From Zancudomyces culisetae HAW-14-8 (lineage: Eukaryota; Fungi; Kickxellomycota), in assembly GCA_052426225.1 (NCBI GenBank), contig JBNJNM010000015.1:1674001-1738000 (forward strand): 64,000 nt of DNA, written 5' to 3'. A model generated the notes under the pieces. It searched no databases and was not told where the DNA came from. It worked only from the letters and a program-made list of their open reading frames with translations. Each line of letters starts with the position of its first letter. Position 1 is the stretch's first letter. Of the stretch, positions 1-14,082 are shown piece after piece. Made by a program: the position numbers and the translations under genes.

Positions 1-203
1 CTCCATATATTCACACATAAAAGCATATACACCAAACTTGAATCTAATGTAAAGTGTGCTGTTGTTTTTCTAAATAAAGAAGTGCGAAAACAAAAAGATA
101 AATCATATTTATACACCAAGGTCAATAAAATAAAAATATAAAGTATGGAAGCACTAAACTCATGTTAGAATTAGCAAGATGACAATCCCCCAAAAGACTG
201 GTA

Positions 204-1340
204 CTACCGTTTTTTATAGAGACACGGCTTTAATAAAGCAGATATTCTGTTTTTTTCAGCCTTTGAGAGTGAACTTTTGGGGATATCAGATTTTTTCTGA
301 AAGATAAACAAGACAAACATCTTGTTGTAGTCTTTTTTCAGCTTCAAGTTAAATCCTCTGGATTCTAGGACAGAAACAAACTCATCAACATTTAACAATC
401 TACTTACTACCTCAGCAATCACAAGTTGACCTTTGTTTTTCAGAATTCTGTTGGCTTCATCAATAAACTCAAGCCAGTTGATCCCCATTAGAGCCAAACA
501 GAATACAGCCATGTTCACAGTTTTATCCTTCAGCGGTAATTTACTAATATCGCAAGCTACAACATTTTTATTTGGAGATACCAAATCAAAAGAATGTATT
601 GTATATGATTCTGATAGCGTTTGAGCTATTTTGGCTTCGCCGCAGCCCAGATCAGCAATCACCGTATCCTTGTTTTGCCTTTGTATAAGTTTTATTATGG
701 TATCCACTGGGTTTACAGGCCAAGATTTCACTTGGAGCGCAAAGCCCTCATGGTACTCATCAAACAATTTGGGGTTGTCCTTCATCAGTTCAAACGCCGA
801 GTCACCAGAGCTAGTGTAAAGCTTTTCGTTGATCCATCTGAACCTAGCCCCCGTTAATTTATTCTTCATTTTGTTTAGGAGTTTGCTATTTGTATATTGT
901 TCTCCACCGTCATCATCTTTGCGTTTGCCTGGTTGTGATAGTATTTCATTTTTTTCAAGTTTGGATCTTTTAGTTGTTGTACACAAATTTGGTCGATCAT
1001 TGGCTTTTCGTTTTGATGGTTTTTGTGCTTTAGATTCCGAATCACTAACTTTATGTTTATCCAAGAGCTATTTTGGTTTGTTTTTGATCAAGAAATTAAA
1101 TGCAAATTATCATTATCTGATCTATCTTTTACACTGTTAAGGAGATTAAGAAACTGGAAAAAGTAAAAGAGATTAACTAAATCCATTAAAAATGATATTT
1201 TACCCTCGATAGTAGCTCCTTTTTGCTCTTTGTCAATTTTAGTGTCCCTGAGAAAGTTAAAAATGAATAATTAGTGCCAATACACTCCAAAACTTACAAA
1301 TGTTGCATTCTTAACAACACTTACCTTTGTTTGATCCCAT
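204..1340 (-). CDS. RRP8: rRNA-processing methyltransferase Rrp8 (3 exons: 1340-1325, 1247-1204, 1067-204)
   Basis: Motifs GARFRWINEKLYT, YHEGF..QV..WP.NP, IADLGCGEA and C-terminal LKPCLYKKR. The ORF-track TTG start is internal. Two upstream GT-AG introns splice in frame to give MGSNKGTLKLTKSKKELLSRLLDKHK. Confidence 0.93.
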
Positions 1341-1865
1341 ATTGCTAAATTAAAAAACCTTTCTGAATATAAAAAAGTGATAGATATCTTGGATTCAACC
1401 TTCAAGTTAAATGTGTGGAAGCAGGGTTTTAGGAAACAGACAAGCTATTATTCAGCATGAGGAAAGCTGATCGTTTTTTCTAGTAGATTTTTGAACGAAA
1501 AGTAGAAATCAACTAACCCCAGAGCAAATAAAATCACGGCCTAAACCGAACTTCCTCCCTCTTCTTCGCCCACCCCCAGAGGGCCTTGATCTGAATGGCT
1601 CTCCTCAAAAAAAAAATTTCCATAAAACTATTGGCTGAGCCCGACCCATTCACATAACTACAGGTGCAATATGCGGGAAAATTGAAAGATGGGTGCTAGC
1701 ACAGTGACATGAGACCCAATATAAACAAACAGTCAAATGCCAGCCCAACTTTGGATTTTGATTCAAGTTGGAAAAATATATTCAAAAAGGGCACTGAATA
1801 ATATACTAACATCACAATTCAAAAGGCAGAAACCATCCGAAAAATCAGGCCAAAAATAAAATAAA

Positions 1866-3883
1866 ATGGTGCTTTTATTTTTGAATACGATTATAGTGGC
1901 GCTTTCGCTTGTTGCCCTAAGCTTTATGGCTGTTTTTCATTTAATAAACAGAGCAATAAATGCGAAAGAACGACAGAGAGGCACAAGATTGGATATTTTG
2001 GAAAAAACTCTGAAAGATAAAAATGACGGAAAGGGGGCTATTTTGGGATTTTTTCACCCTTTTGCGTAAGTCTTGCACCATTTTGTTCTATGATGCATCT
2101 TTTAATTGACAGGAAAAGTAACAGTTAGTATCAAAGCTTGCCTGTGTGGTTAGTTTTACAAAATTACAAAAAATGTATCTAAATGTGAAAATAGTGCTTC
2201 CGGCGGTGGGGGCGAAAGAGTTTTATGGTCGATAATTCAGGCGATTCAGGACAATCACAAAAATTACCTATGTGTGGTATATATTGCATCATCGCAGTAC
2301 AAGGACAAAACTGTGTTGCTACAGGAAGTCAAGGTAATAAAGAAAAGAAGAGAAAAGAAAAATGAGTATATGCTTGTTATACTTTGTCATAGTCATGTTA
2401 ATTGGTAAACTACAAGTGTTTCTAACTATCTATAGGAGAATTTTGGAATTGAGCTGGATCCGCAAAGTGTGCATTTCATAAAACTGGAAAAATGGAATTT
2501 AGTAAATAAAAGCTACTCAGTGACCAGATTGCTACTCCAGAGTATAGGCTCTGTTATACTTTGCGACGAAGCTATGAACCATCTCATTCCAGATGCCTAT
2601 TTGGGTAAGATGCACTTACATTTATATATTATATTATATATTTTTTCTTTCTTTCTTTTCTATACAGAGTTGATCCCATGGCTGGAATTCTAGTATATCT
2701 ATCAAAAATAAAAACACTATATCACAAAATAGATACGAGTGGCTATGCATTTACGTATCCGTATGTGCGGTACTTTTTCAAGGTTCCAGTAATTACTTAT
2801 ACGCATTATCCCACAATCAGCGGCGATATGATTCAAGCGGTGAGGAGCAGAGAAAAAAAACCAGACAACGGTCATTCGATTGCAAATAGCACGATTTTAA
2901 CCATAATGAAGGAGATGTAAGCCCCACAACTATGTATCAATGATACATTAATCAGTCTTCCTTTTGCAATGTAACACAGGGTCCATAGAGAACAAATGTG
3001 ATACTTATGTACAAAAAATAGATATTACAAAGCTTTATATTTTGTATACGGTCGTTCTGGAGCATGTGCAAGTTTGATAGTGACAAACTCTTCGTGGTGT
3101 AACAACCACATTTTGGAGGCGTTTAAAAAACCTGAAGCAACGAGGATTATCTACCCACCATGCGATAGTACTAGGATGTCTAAGTTTTCACTGCAAGGGG
3201 ATAGCAGAATGAAGCGCAAAATAATATCCTTGGCACAGTTCCGACCAGAAAAAAACCAGATACTGCAAATAGAGGGGTTCTATAAGTTTATGGAAATGTA
3301 CAGAGGGAAATATTTTAAAGATGAGACTAGTGAACAGGTGGAGATGTTGATAATAGGAGGGGCTAAGAATGAAAGTGACTTTAAGAGGGTGGAACAATAC
3401 AATAAAAGGATTAAGGAACTTGGGTTGGAGAAACATGTCAAGATAGTGGTCAATGCGTCGTATGGGTATGTATGTAAACAGTTAGAGGAGGCCACCATTG
3501 GTGTACACACGATGAAAGACGAGCATTTTGGCATTAACATCATTGAGTTTATGGCTTCTGGAGCAATCCCCGTGGCTCATGACTCTGCGGGACCTAAGAT
3601 GGATATTGTTATTCCGGCCATTAAACCAGACTCTGGGTATGAAAAAGAAAATGGTGACTCTTTACTTCTAAAAGATACCACAGATTCAGTTGGTTTTTTG
3701 GCTACCACTGCTGACGAGTTTGCCAAGGCCTTTGATACTATCTTTTCATTACCAGCAGATGTTGACCTTAACATTAGAAAAAATGCGAGAAGTCGTGCAG
3801 TAGACATCTTTGGAATTGAAAAGTTCAAGTCGACCTTTGTTGAGGCCTTCGATGCCACATTTTTACAGTTCCACCATCATTAG
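1866..3883 (+). CDS. ALG11: Alpha-1,2-mannosyltransferase Alg11 (5 exons: 1866-2065, 2195-2333, 2436-2604, 2733-2916, 3022-3883)
   Basis: N-terminal TM helix; spliced GFFHPFAASGGGGERVLW; DTSGYAFTYP, YTHYPTIS, AQFRPEKN, EHFGI.I.E.MA.G, AHDSAGP. All introns GT-AG and frame-consistent. Confidence 0.93.
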
Positions 3884-4061
3884 GGCTTTTTATAAGACTC
3901 AAATAAAGGAATCACTCTATAACACCGTTTTTTTGTTTTGTTTTGCTTATGGCTCATTTGTATAAAACTCTTACTTTATTTGTTTTTAAAGCAAAATATA
4001 AAAATGAAAATATAAAAAAAAATAAAACAATGGTAATCGGAATTTTGACAAAGTATACTTA

Positions 4062-5287
<1,226 letters not shown>

Positions 5288-5544
5288 CTTTGTAGAATAT
5301 TCTCTCGATTTATTTTCTTTTTCTGAAAAATATATATGAAATTCTTTCTATGGTATTCTTATTTGTTGTTTGGTATTATATCCAAACTTTATATGCTTGA
5401 TATTATTTTTTTGCTTTTGTATTTTGGAAGTGTTTTCTTAGCTTATTCATTTAATAACAATTTCAATAAAACACCTTGAATTACTAATTTGCGCACGAAT
5501 TTTTAGGCAATAAAGCAAAACAAAAATAATAACGAAAATTTTTT

Positions 5545-5612
5545 TGTCTTTTCTATCTTTCCAGTCTTTCCAGTCTTTTCTGCCTTTTCTGCCTTTTCTG
5601 CCTTTTTTGTCT
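5545..5612. repeat. Degenerate 9-bp tandem repeat (TCTTTCCAG / CCTTTTCTG) upstream of Rab11
   Basis: Directly visible: tctttccagtctttccagtcttttctgccttttctgccttttctgcc. Confidence 0.75.
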
Positions 5613-7077
5613 TTTTTTTTGTTCCCTTGTACATTCATTTTTTTTTTCACCAAGTTTCCCTTTTCCTTTATAGTGTGATACTATTTGCTTATTGTTTATT
5701 TTATTTAAAAATTGAGTTTAGCTCTATTTCCTCAAAAATAAAGCGAAAAAAAAAAGCTCCGATTTTACACAGCCTTAAATGCAAACCGACGAGTAGCAAC
5801 ATGCTAAAACAAAAACAATAAATGGCAAATAGATGCCATTTCAGAATCTTTGATTTGGAATTACTAAACCTTTTTCCCAAATTTAGCCAAACTTTGTCGT
5901 TTAATCCGCTCATTTGCTGTGCGGGTGCTATCACTTTCTTGCATTGAGCATTCTCACATGACCCTGCTTTTTTAAATTAGCGCGCCATTTTTGGTAATAG
6001 ACGATTTGTTGATGTTTCTGGCTATTTCCAATAAAATCCAACACCACATTTGAAATTGATGTGCTTTTTTTTCTTTGCCTAACCCTCTCTCCAATTGCAG
6101 GAAGGAATCAAAACGCTTTAATTTGCTTGAAAATCGCGGCTTGCTTGCCTCATTTAAAAAACAGGATCATAAGTTTTACATAAAACGGATATGGTAGCAG
6201 GAGAGAGGAGAGATGTAAAAGCAAACCAATGCATAAAAGAAGGAGCAGCGAGAGGAGAAAGAGAGGGGTAAACCATGAAATACGGTTCCGAATACCCGTA
6301 ATACATGCATTATAAGATCACCAAGGCAATAAGAACCAATGTAGTGTAACACGGACTAGTAGTTGCATTTCCCCTTTAAATGTTGCAACATAGCACAGGG
6401 CAGACTCCACCTGTGATACTTTTGCTCAAGCCCTGTAAATGTGATGTTTCTTGTTTTATTTTTATTTTTATTTTTATTTTTATCTCATGGCTTCGGAAGC
6501 TCAGCTTGGGCTGAAAAGGATAAAATAGCGTTACACCGCCGCCAATTTCGCTTCCCCAGCTTCAGCGAACTGCAAAATTTGTAAATTTGAGATCAAGTAC
6601 ACCCGTTGTCACTTTTTTTTGGTCACCACTGGTAATACCTGAAATATACAGTTAAAGCGGATGGTTGTTCCTTTTATTTTTTTCGGAGATCGCCTCATCG
6701 TCACCTTACAACAACACCATCTCAGTAAATAATACAATATACTTTCTATATTGATACATTTAATTGGTGATGGCATAATCAAGATGCAACATCCATAAAT
6801 ATCAACCCAATTTTTATTGTATTTATGGACAACTGAGTATATTTTCTGAGCAATGTTTGATGCATTTCCAAAATAAAAAGCACATACAAATAAGAAGTCT
6901 AAACCAAAGTAAGGTACTTTGCAATCCACTTCAGTAGTGTCTGCTCTTTCCTTCCTTATTCTTTTTTAAATATTCAACTACTGTACATGCCATGGTTATG
7001 ACATTTAAAATAGCTAAACCACGCTTTTTTTCTTGGGGAGGGGAGGCTGTCTATTTTAATACTTTACACTCTAAACA

Positions 7078-7091
7078 GAAAAAAAATTTTT
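7078..7091. promoter_or_regulatory. RRPE-like A-tract/T-tract motif upstream of BCP1
   Basis: GAAAAAAAATTTTT about 175 bp before the BCP1 ATG; resembles yeast RRPE (TGAAAAATTTT). Confidence 0.4.
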
Positions 7092-7263
7092 AGCCTATGA
7101 TCCGTTGTTATTTGAGTGCTTTTTTTTTCACATTTATTGGATTTTTTTTGATCCATTTCAAAACCATAATTCAAAAAATAAAATAAAAATACATAGATAG
7201 AAATAAAAGTCGCAGACAAAACTGAAGCCAGAGATACAATTACACACAGTAGAACTGGGCAAA

Positions 7264-8361
7264 ATGGAGAACGAAACTGACAAAGGAAATGAAAAAAAGA
7301 GATCGAGGGATGCAATGTCAGAAGACGAGAGTGAAGGAAGCAATGATATGGTAATGCAACTACTGAATATCGCTTTTCTTTTTACACATTATCATACTTT
7401 TTTACTTGTGCAAATTAAATAAAATGAGAAACTAAAGCAGTGATATGGTATAATAGGATATTGTTAACGTCGATTTTGAGTTTTTCGATCCAAAAGAAAT
7501 TGATTTTCATGCAATAAAACGAATGTTGATCCAACATTTTGGCGACGATCATGAATTGTTTGAAATCAGTGAATTGACTGACATGATAGTCGCTCAAAAG
7601 CTTATTGGATCAACAGTAAAAGTTACAGGCGAAGACGATCCCTATGCTTTTATGACAGTACTGAACTTACAGGAGTATAAAGATAAAAAAGTAATCCAAC
7701 AACTCAAGAGCTATTTAGCTGAAAAGAGCAGCAAAAGCAACAAGGAAAAACACGAAAAGTTTTGCAAGATTATCAGTGATGATGCAGAGCTGGATGCGGC
7801 AATACTTATCAGTGAAAGGCTAACTAATATGCCCGCACAAATCGTTCCACCAATGATTAGAATGCTTGTTGAGGAAATAGAGTGGGCGATACAAGATGTA
7901 AGTTTGGTTTGTTATTATGAGTTTGTCAAAGTGCCTTCCAGATCTTGGTAGGAGGCTTTTTTTTTTACATAATTCTGTATTAATATGTTTTTATTGTGTA
8001 ATAATAGAAAGAGAGATATAATTTCGAATGGTACATTCTTTTATCGCCGGTATACAAAGAGATAGCACCCACAAAGGATGTAGACGAGGCAGAGGAGATG
8101 CCTGGCCAAGTAAGCAGCAGACAGGGAAAAAAATCACGAGTAGCGCAGCAAGTGTTTTATTTCCATCCAGAAGATGAGTTTATACAAGAATATGCAGAGA
8201 TTTCGTTTGATATCAAGTTTTCTACATCCAAACGTGCTCCAGAATCTAGGAATAGCTTTTCGGAATTTGGACTGGCACCATTTAGAAAATGCCTAGTTAT
8301 TCACAAATCCAAACTCCTTGAGGTATATCAAAGGTTGGAAAAAGTTTTTTCTCCATCATGA
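7264..8361 (+). CDS. BCP1: Bcp1/BCCIP family protein (3 exons: 7264-7350, 7457-7897, 8008-8361)
   Basis: Acidic N-terminus then DIVNVDFEFFDP..DFHAIK.ML.Q.F, IGSTVK, DPYAF.TVLNL, SERL.NMP.Q..PP and YFHPEDE. Two phase-0 GT-AG introns. Confidence 0.92.
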
Positions 8362-9489
8362 ATGTGTATATCGTGTTTGTTAAAGATCTGTGACATATTT
8401 TTATGGTACAGGTTTTATTTCTCTTTCTGATAGTATTTTCTGCTTGGTATTATAAACGAATAAATCAAGTAATGTGTTGAATTATTAAAAGAAAGAGAAG
8501 AAGGCACAACTGACTATGAACGTAATAGGTGAGTTTGGTAGGGGATGCTACTGCTGACCAGTGAAGAATATAATTGTACAATCATAAGTGGGCTCTGAGA
8601 TATTTTCTCAAGGATGTGAACCTGAACAACAAAATATTTAGTGGTGTAAGATTAAACTGTATTTAGTTGGCGTTTATTGGCTTTACCTTTTTTTTCCTAT
8701 GTATACGTAGATCTGTTGGTAAAAAAATAAAGGGTAATGTAGACTGACGCGTGCTAGACTTTGATACAAGGTTTTATATAATGTATCTATTATACAAATA
8801 GAAAACAACATCGATGTACATGTACCTGAATAACGCTAATATTAAAATCATAAAACAGCACAATTGATAACAATTAAAGTATAACATCGAAGGCGAGCAG
8901 GTGGGAGGTATGCGGTTCTACTGAGCTCAAAACCACGTTAAACCAGTTCAAAATAGCAGTTACAAAGAATGTTGGCGAAAATGGTTGTGGGCAAAAATAC
9001 CGCCAGTTAAAAAGAGATGAAATTATGTGCGTAAATAAACGAGACATGTTAAAAGAGTTTCCAGAAACTCTGTTCCGAAAAGCTGGCATGTGAGCTATTA
9101 GACTCAGATGGCCAAGAAAGAGCGGGCGGGTATACAGAATATTTAACAAAAGGGGGAGGAGAGGTGATAATCAGTACGGAATATAAAACGTACGCGGGTT
9201 TTCCTGAGGGCTGTCAAAAATAGTCAGGCCGAACATCTCGTGCCTTTAACCATAATGATAATACTGTAAGAGCCATTTCTAAAGGCAATAATAACACAGT
9301 CCAAGATCCCTCTCTGCCTCCAGAGTTTCTGGAGTTGCATTTTTCCTTTCAAAAATTATTGCCAGCAATTGGAGGGTCCAATGTTAAATTTACCAGCAAA
9401 TAAAAACAAGCAAAAACGAGGCTAGAATGTTAGTAATTTGTTTATTAGCTCGTTTGTATGGTAAAAGAAAAAAAGAAAAATAAGAGCGA

Positions 9490-9578
9490 GAAAAAATTTT
9501 TTTTCATGTTGGCTACAGTTAAAAAAAAGCGTGAAATTTGGGGGGCAAGAAAAAAAAAACGAAAAAAAATTTTTTTTT
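9490..9578. promoter_or_regulatory. Two RRPE-like motifs upstream of NOP56
   Basis: GAAAAAATTTTTTTTCA at 9490 (reverse strand reads TGAAAAAAAATTTTTT) and GAAAAAAAATTTTTTTTT at 9561. Confidence 0.45.
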
Positions 9579-9982
9579 ATGATTTGATTTAGCGTGGATA
9601 GTCTACTAATACGATTTAAATAAAAAAAGTCTTGTGCGAGTTAGTAAAATACTTTCAAAATTTGCTAGACAAATCTGTAACCAGAACTTCGAAAGAAATT
9701 TGTTTTTACTATAGAAAGGAAGAACATAAAAGGGCTATATACAGAAAGTTTGGTTTTGAATCGATATCGACAGCAAATAACTGGATCACAAACAGATTTA
9801 TATAGTGCAACGGAAAAAAAAAGTATACTATACCTATAATTCAAACTCTGGATTGTAAAATCACAAGATCTTTGACACGAAATATTGTATATTGATTTTA
9901 TATACTCTGGAAAATTGATCGAATCTAAGGCACACCAAGGTTCATCATTAACACAAAAAGAAAAGACAAAAAAGCAATCAAC

Positions 9983-11533
9983 ATGTCAGCAACACACGTG
10001 TTATTCGAAACGGCTTCGGGATATGGGCTGTTCGAAATAGTAGAAGCAGAGGTAATTGGAAGTAAATTGCCAGAGGTACAAAAGGCTGTGACCGATTTAG
10101 CTAAATTTGGTCGCTATGTCAAGCTCAAGTCGTTTTTGCCTTTCAAAAACGCAGCAGACGCTTTGGAAAACATAAACATGGTTTCAGAAGGAATGTGTGG
10201 GGAGCGATTGAAAGGTTTTCTTGAACTAAACTTGATGGGATCCAAGAAAAAGAGCAATGTATTGGGAGTAATAGACAGAGGATTGGCTGTCTCGATCAAG
10301 GGCGAGACAGGAATCAGCTGCATCAGCAATGAAGTAAGTGCAGAATTGATTAGAGGAATTAGATTGCATGAAGATAAGTTTATCAAGGATTTGAAGGCTG
10401 GAGACTTGGAAAAGGCACAACTTGGTCTTGGACATGCTTACTCGCGCGCAAAAGTCAAGTTTAATGTCAACAGATCAGATAACATGATCATTCAGGCTAT
10501 TTCACTGTTAGATCAACTAGACAAGGACATCAACACATTTGCAATGCGATGCAGAGAATGGTACTCATGGCATTTCCCAGAATTGGCCAAGATTGTTGCA
10601 GATAACGTTCAGTACGTCAAATGCTGTGCATTGATCAAGAACAAAGCTGAAATCACCAGCGAAGACATTTTTGATGATCTTGCTCGCATTGTAGGAGATG
10701 ATGAGGCTGTAGCAACCAATATTATTGAGGCAGCCAAGTCGTCCATGGGAACAGATATCTCAGATATCGACATGCTTAATATTGAAGCTTTTGCCAGCAG
10801 AGTGGTCTCACTGGCCGAATACCGCAAGAATCTGTTTGACTATCTGGCAGGAAAAATGAACGTCGTAGCGCCCAATCTTGCTGCTCTTATTGGCGACACT
10901 GTTGGTGCCAGACTTATTGCACATGCTGGATCACTCACAAATCTGTCAAAATACCCTGCTTCCACTCTCCAGATTCTGGGTGCAGAAAAGGCCTTGTTCA
11001 GAGCCTTGAAGACAAAGAGCAACACACCAAAGTATGGAATTATTTATAACTCGTCATTCATTGGCAAGGCTGGATCTAAAAACAAGGGCCGCATCTCCCG
11101 CTTTTTGGCCAATAAGGCCTCCATCGCTTCTAGAATTGACTGCTTTTCCGAAGAGCCAAACAGTGCCTTTGGAATTGCTCTGCGCCAACAGGTTGATGAT
11201 CGACTTGGTTTTTACGAAACTGGTGCTACTCCTTCCAAAAACTCGGATGTTATGGCCAAAGTTATGTCCGAAGTAGCCTCCACTGAAGCTGAATCCCTTC
11301 CTACCATCACCGCTCCTGCATCCAAGAAACGTCCAGCTGAGTCCGATGATATTGATGATTCTGATAAGAAATCAAAGAAATCCAAGAAAGAAAAGAAGGA
11401 CAAGAAGGAAAAGAAGGAAAAATCTGAAAAGAAGGAGTCCGCCACTACTGAGCCTGCTGCTGATTCAGAAAAGAAATCAAAGAAAAAGGACAAGTCTAAA
11501 TCCGACAAAAAATCAAAAAAGGATCGCTCCTAA
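9983..11533 (+). CDS. NOP56: Box C/D snoRNP core protein Nop56
   Basis: [29 protein letters not shown] (Nop56-type rather than Nop58 KFSPDK), [34 protein letters not shown]-rich tail. Intronless. Confidence 0.96.
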   Translation: MSATHVLFETASGYGLFEIVEAEVIGSKLPEVQKAVTDLAKFGRYVKLKSFLPFKNAADALENINMVSEGMCGERLKGFLELNLMGSKKKSNVLGVIDRGLAVSIKGETGISCISNEVSAELIRGIRLHEDKFIKDLKAGDLEKAQLGLGHAYSRAKVKFNVNRSDNMIIQAISLLDQLDKDINTFAMRCREWYSWHFPELAKIVADNVQYVKCCALIKNKAEITSEDIFDDLARIVGDDEAVATNIIEAAKSSMGTDISDIDMLNIEAFASRVVSLAEYRKNLFDYLAGKMNVVAPNLAALIGDTVGARLIAHAGSLTNLSKYPASTLQILGAEKALFRALKTKSNTPKYGIIYNSSFIGKAGSKNKGRISRFLANKASIASRIDCFSEEPNSAFGIALRQQVDDRLGFYETGATPSKNSDVMAKVMSEVASTEAESLPTITAPASKKRPAESDDIDDSDKKSKKSKKEKKDKKEKKEKSEKKESATTEPAADSEKKSKKKDKSKSDKKSKKDRS

Positions 11534-12558
11534 ACAACCTGCCTAACTAACAGGCCTCTTGCTTCTGCACCGATTCTTATTATATATATGTGTTTACTTT
11601 ACAAGTTTTTTTCTTCTAGTCTGTTGATTTGATTTGCTATCCTTTAGTATGTTCTTTATCTACGCTCTGTTCCTTGTTTATTTTTATTTTTCAATTTAAT
11701 CTATAGTATATTATGGTATGAAAGTGAAAGTTTAAGCCAAAGATACCCAAACGGTGATACTAAAAAAAAAGCCGAGAAACTAACGGGGATTGCTTTCTAA
11801 CTAGTTCAGCTTGTATTCTCTAAAAGGTGGATTAAGCTGGCTTGGTCATATTTTTTATTACATCACCTATCCATTCTATTCCTCGATAATATCATGGTAT
11901 GAAGCAGAATTCACAGGAAAAGAAAATAAAGATATACAGGAAATTTCCTGTCGTCTGCTCAACCGGTTTATAACCATTTCTATACACTTTTATCTGCGGT
12001 CTTTACCAGCACACAAAAGAAGGAGGAAGCTATATGAAATGTTGGATCTAATATTTTCATATTAGCCTTTTCTGACTTTGTTTTATTTTGTACCCTCTTT
12101 CCTCTACTAGCAGAATATTTTATCCTATTTGCTGGCTATGTGAAAAGTTGCAACATTTCAAATCGGCCCCATTTTAATTATCCAGGTGACAGTAACTATC
12201 CAGTTAATTATTCAGGTCAATCCGCTATATTTAAAAAATGTTGATGTTTATTTGCTGGAAAGTTAATTTTATTTCAATCCCTTAGTTGATGCGTTTACCA
12301 TTTAATTTACCATCTTTATCCCGCTAATCTCCCTCTCCCCTTTTCTTCAAAATCGAAAAGCTGTTAATTAAGGGGTAAACATATCACAACACGAGCAAAT
12401 TAAAAAGGGTAAATAAATTATGCAATACACATTATGATAAATAGTTTTTGTTGTTAACCAAAGTTCTTTTGACTTTTTGACATTATAATTTAGATCAGCT
12501 TCGTTTATAATTATCTCTAATATCTTTTATATACGTATCCAAACTCGGATAGATAGCC

Positions 12559-13741
12559 ATGGCAGGTACAGAAGAATATCGGCAACAAGTTGCTGAAATC
12601 CTATCCAAAATCGCGTACATTGACTATCAGATCAACCCTAAAGATTTGTTTAATGATGCAAAAGTAGTGATCCAGAAGCTATTTAATGAATGGGATGAAA
12701 AAGATCTTGTATTTACTCAACTATTGAATGGAATTACAAATAAATGTAAGCACAAGTAGATTTAAATGTTTTTTAGATTTGTATATGAATAAGTATATCA
12801 GTACCAAAATTAGTTTTCCCATATTTAAAGTGATGCGATTGTTTACCACACCTCTACTTGTAGTGATAAAATGCGAAAACTCCAAGGAAAACAAGAGTCT
12901 TTTAATCAGAGTTTATGGCTTCAAGACCGAATCGATAATCAATCGCGAAAAGGAGCTGGTTGTAACCACCTGTCTTTCTCAAAAAGATCTAGCAGAAAAG
13001 ATATACGGAAGATTTAAGAACGGATTAGTATATGGATATCTAGAAGGAACCACACTATCATACCAAGAAATGTCTAAAGAACCACTAGTATCGCTGGTTC
13101 CGGCACTTCTAGGACAATGGCATGGCAAGGCAACTGTCATTGGTTCTCATGAACCCGTGCTTTTCACTACGCTGCACAAGTGGTTTAAAGCCATTCCTAC
13201 AAACTATGAAGATTCTGAAAAGAATATGTTTTTTCATCAGCACTTTGATATGAAAGAAATCTTTGGAATGATCAAGGCGGTGGAGGAAAAGGTCAACACG
13301 CTGGCGCCACCAGTAACATTTTGTCACAACGATTTATTGAATGGAAACATTGTGTTAAGTCCAACCAACGATAAAGTCTGGTTCATTGATTACGAATACG
13401 GAGGCTATAACTATCGCGGGTACGATATCGCTAACCATTTTAACGAATTTGCAGGTTTCCCGTGCGAGTACGAACTATACCCAACCAAGGAAGAGCAGCG
13501 TAAATGGCTCACAATATATCTGAGCTCATATCATGAAATTGCTGAATCTCAGGTCGATCCAGCGTCTGTTGATAAGCTTATAACTGAGGTCTCTGTCTTT
13601 ACATTGGCCTCGCATCTATACTGGGGCCTATGGTCTCTCCTACAAGCCTCAATTTCCGATATTAATTTTGATTATATGGGTTATGGAAAGCTTCGCTTTG
13701 ATCGGTACAAAAGTACATATAAAGATATTCTATCTGATTAA
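12559..13741 (+). CDS. Ethanolamine/choline kinase (2 exons: 12559-12745, 12864-13741)
   Basis: Spliced GITNKL, LIRVYG, Brenner motif FCHNDLLNGN, FIDYEY..YNYRGYDIANHFNEFAG, SHLYWGLWS. Confidence 0.92.
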
Positions 13742-14082
13742 TTTTGAGTGGAAAGGGAGAGTGAGGCTACGGGTGTGATTGTGAGTATTTATTTTCATTG
13801 TCCTTATCTAGTATAGTACTTTTTTCACCTAACAAGACCCATTCTTTTTTGTAAACCGCCTATTTATTTAGTTTTGCATTTGTTTTTTTTACCACCTTCC
13901 TCATATAGAAAATCGCCACTTTTATTAATATATCATAACATTTTTTGGAGCCAAGCAGTAAAGTTGATTTCTCAGCACAAATTTTTTTATTATAAGCAAG
14001 TACATAAAAATTGGATTTTGAAAAAGGAAAAAGTAGCGGTAGTCACAGATACATATATAAACGGTTGCAAACCCACCAAGAT

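Noticed and set aside
6609-6929. 106-aa ORF between Rab11 and BCP1
   Set aside because: GTG start, no motifs, composition typical of random AT-rich sequence.
8590-8630. TPP-riboswitch-like words (CTGAGA ... ACCTGA); also ACCTGATATGGATAA at ~31745
   Set aside because: The remaining aptamer motifs and pairings are missing, and no thiamine-related gene is adjacent.
8877-9093. ~70-codon open frame on + strand and overlapping 91-aa minus ORF
   Set aside because: No usable start or splice partner and no recognisable similarity.
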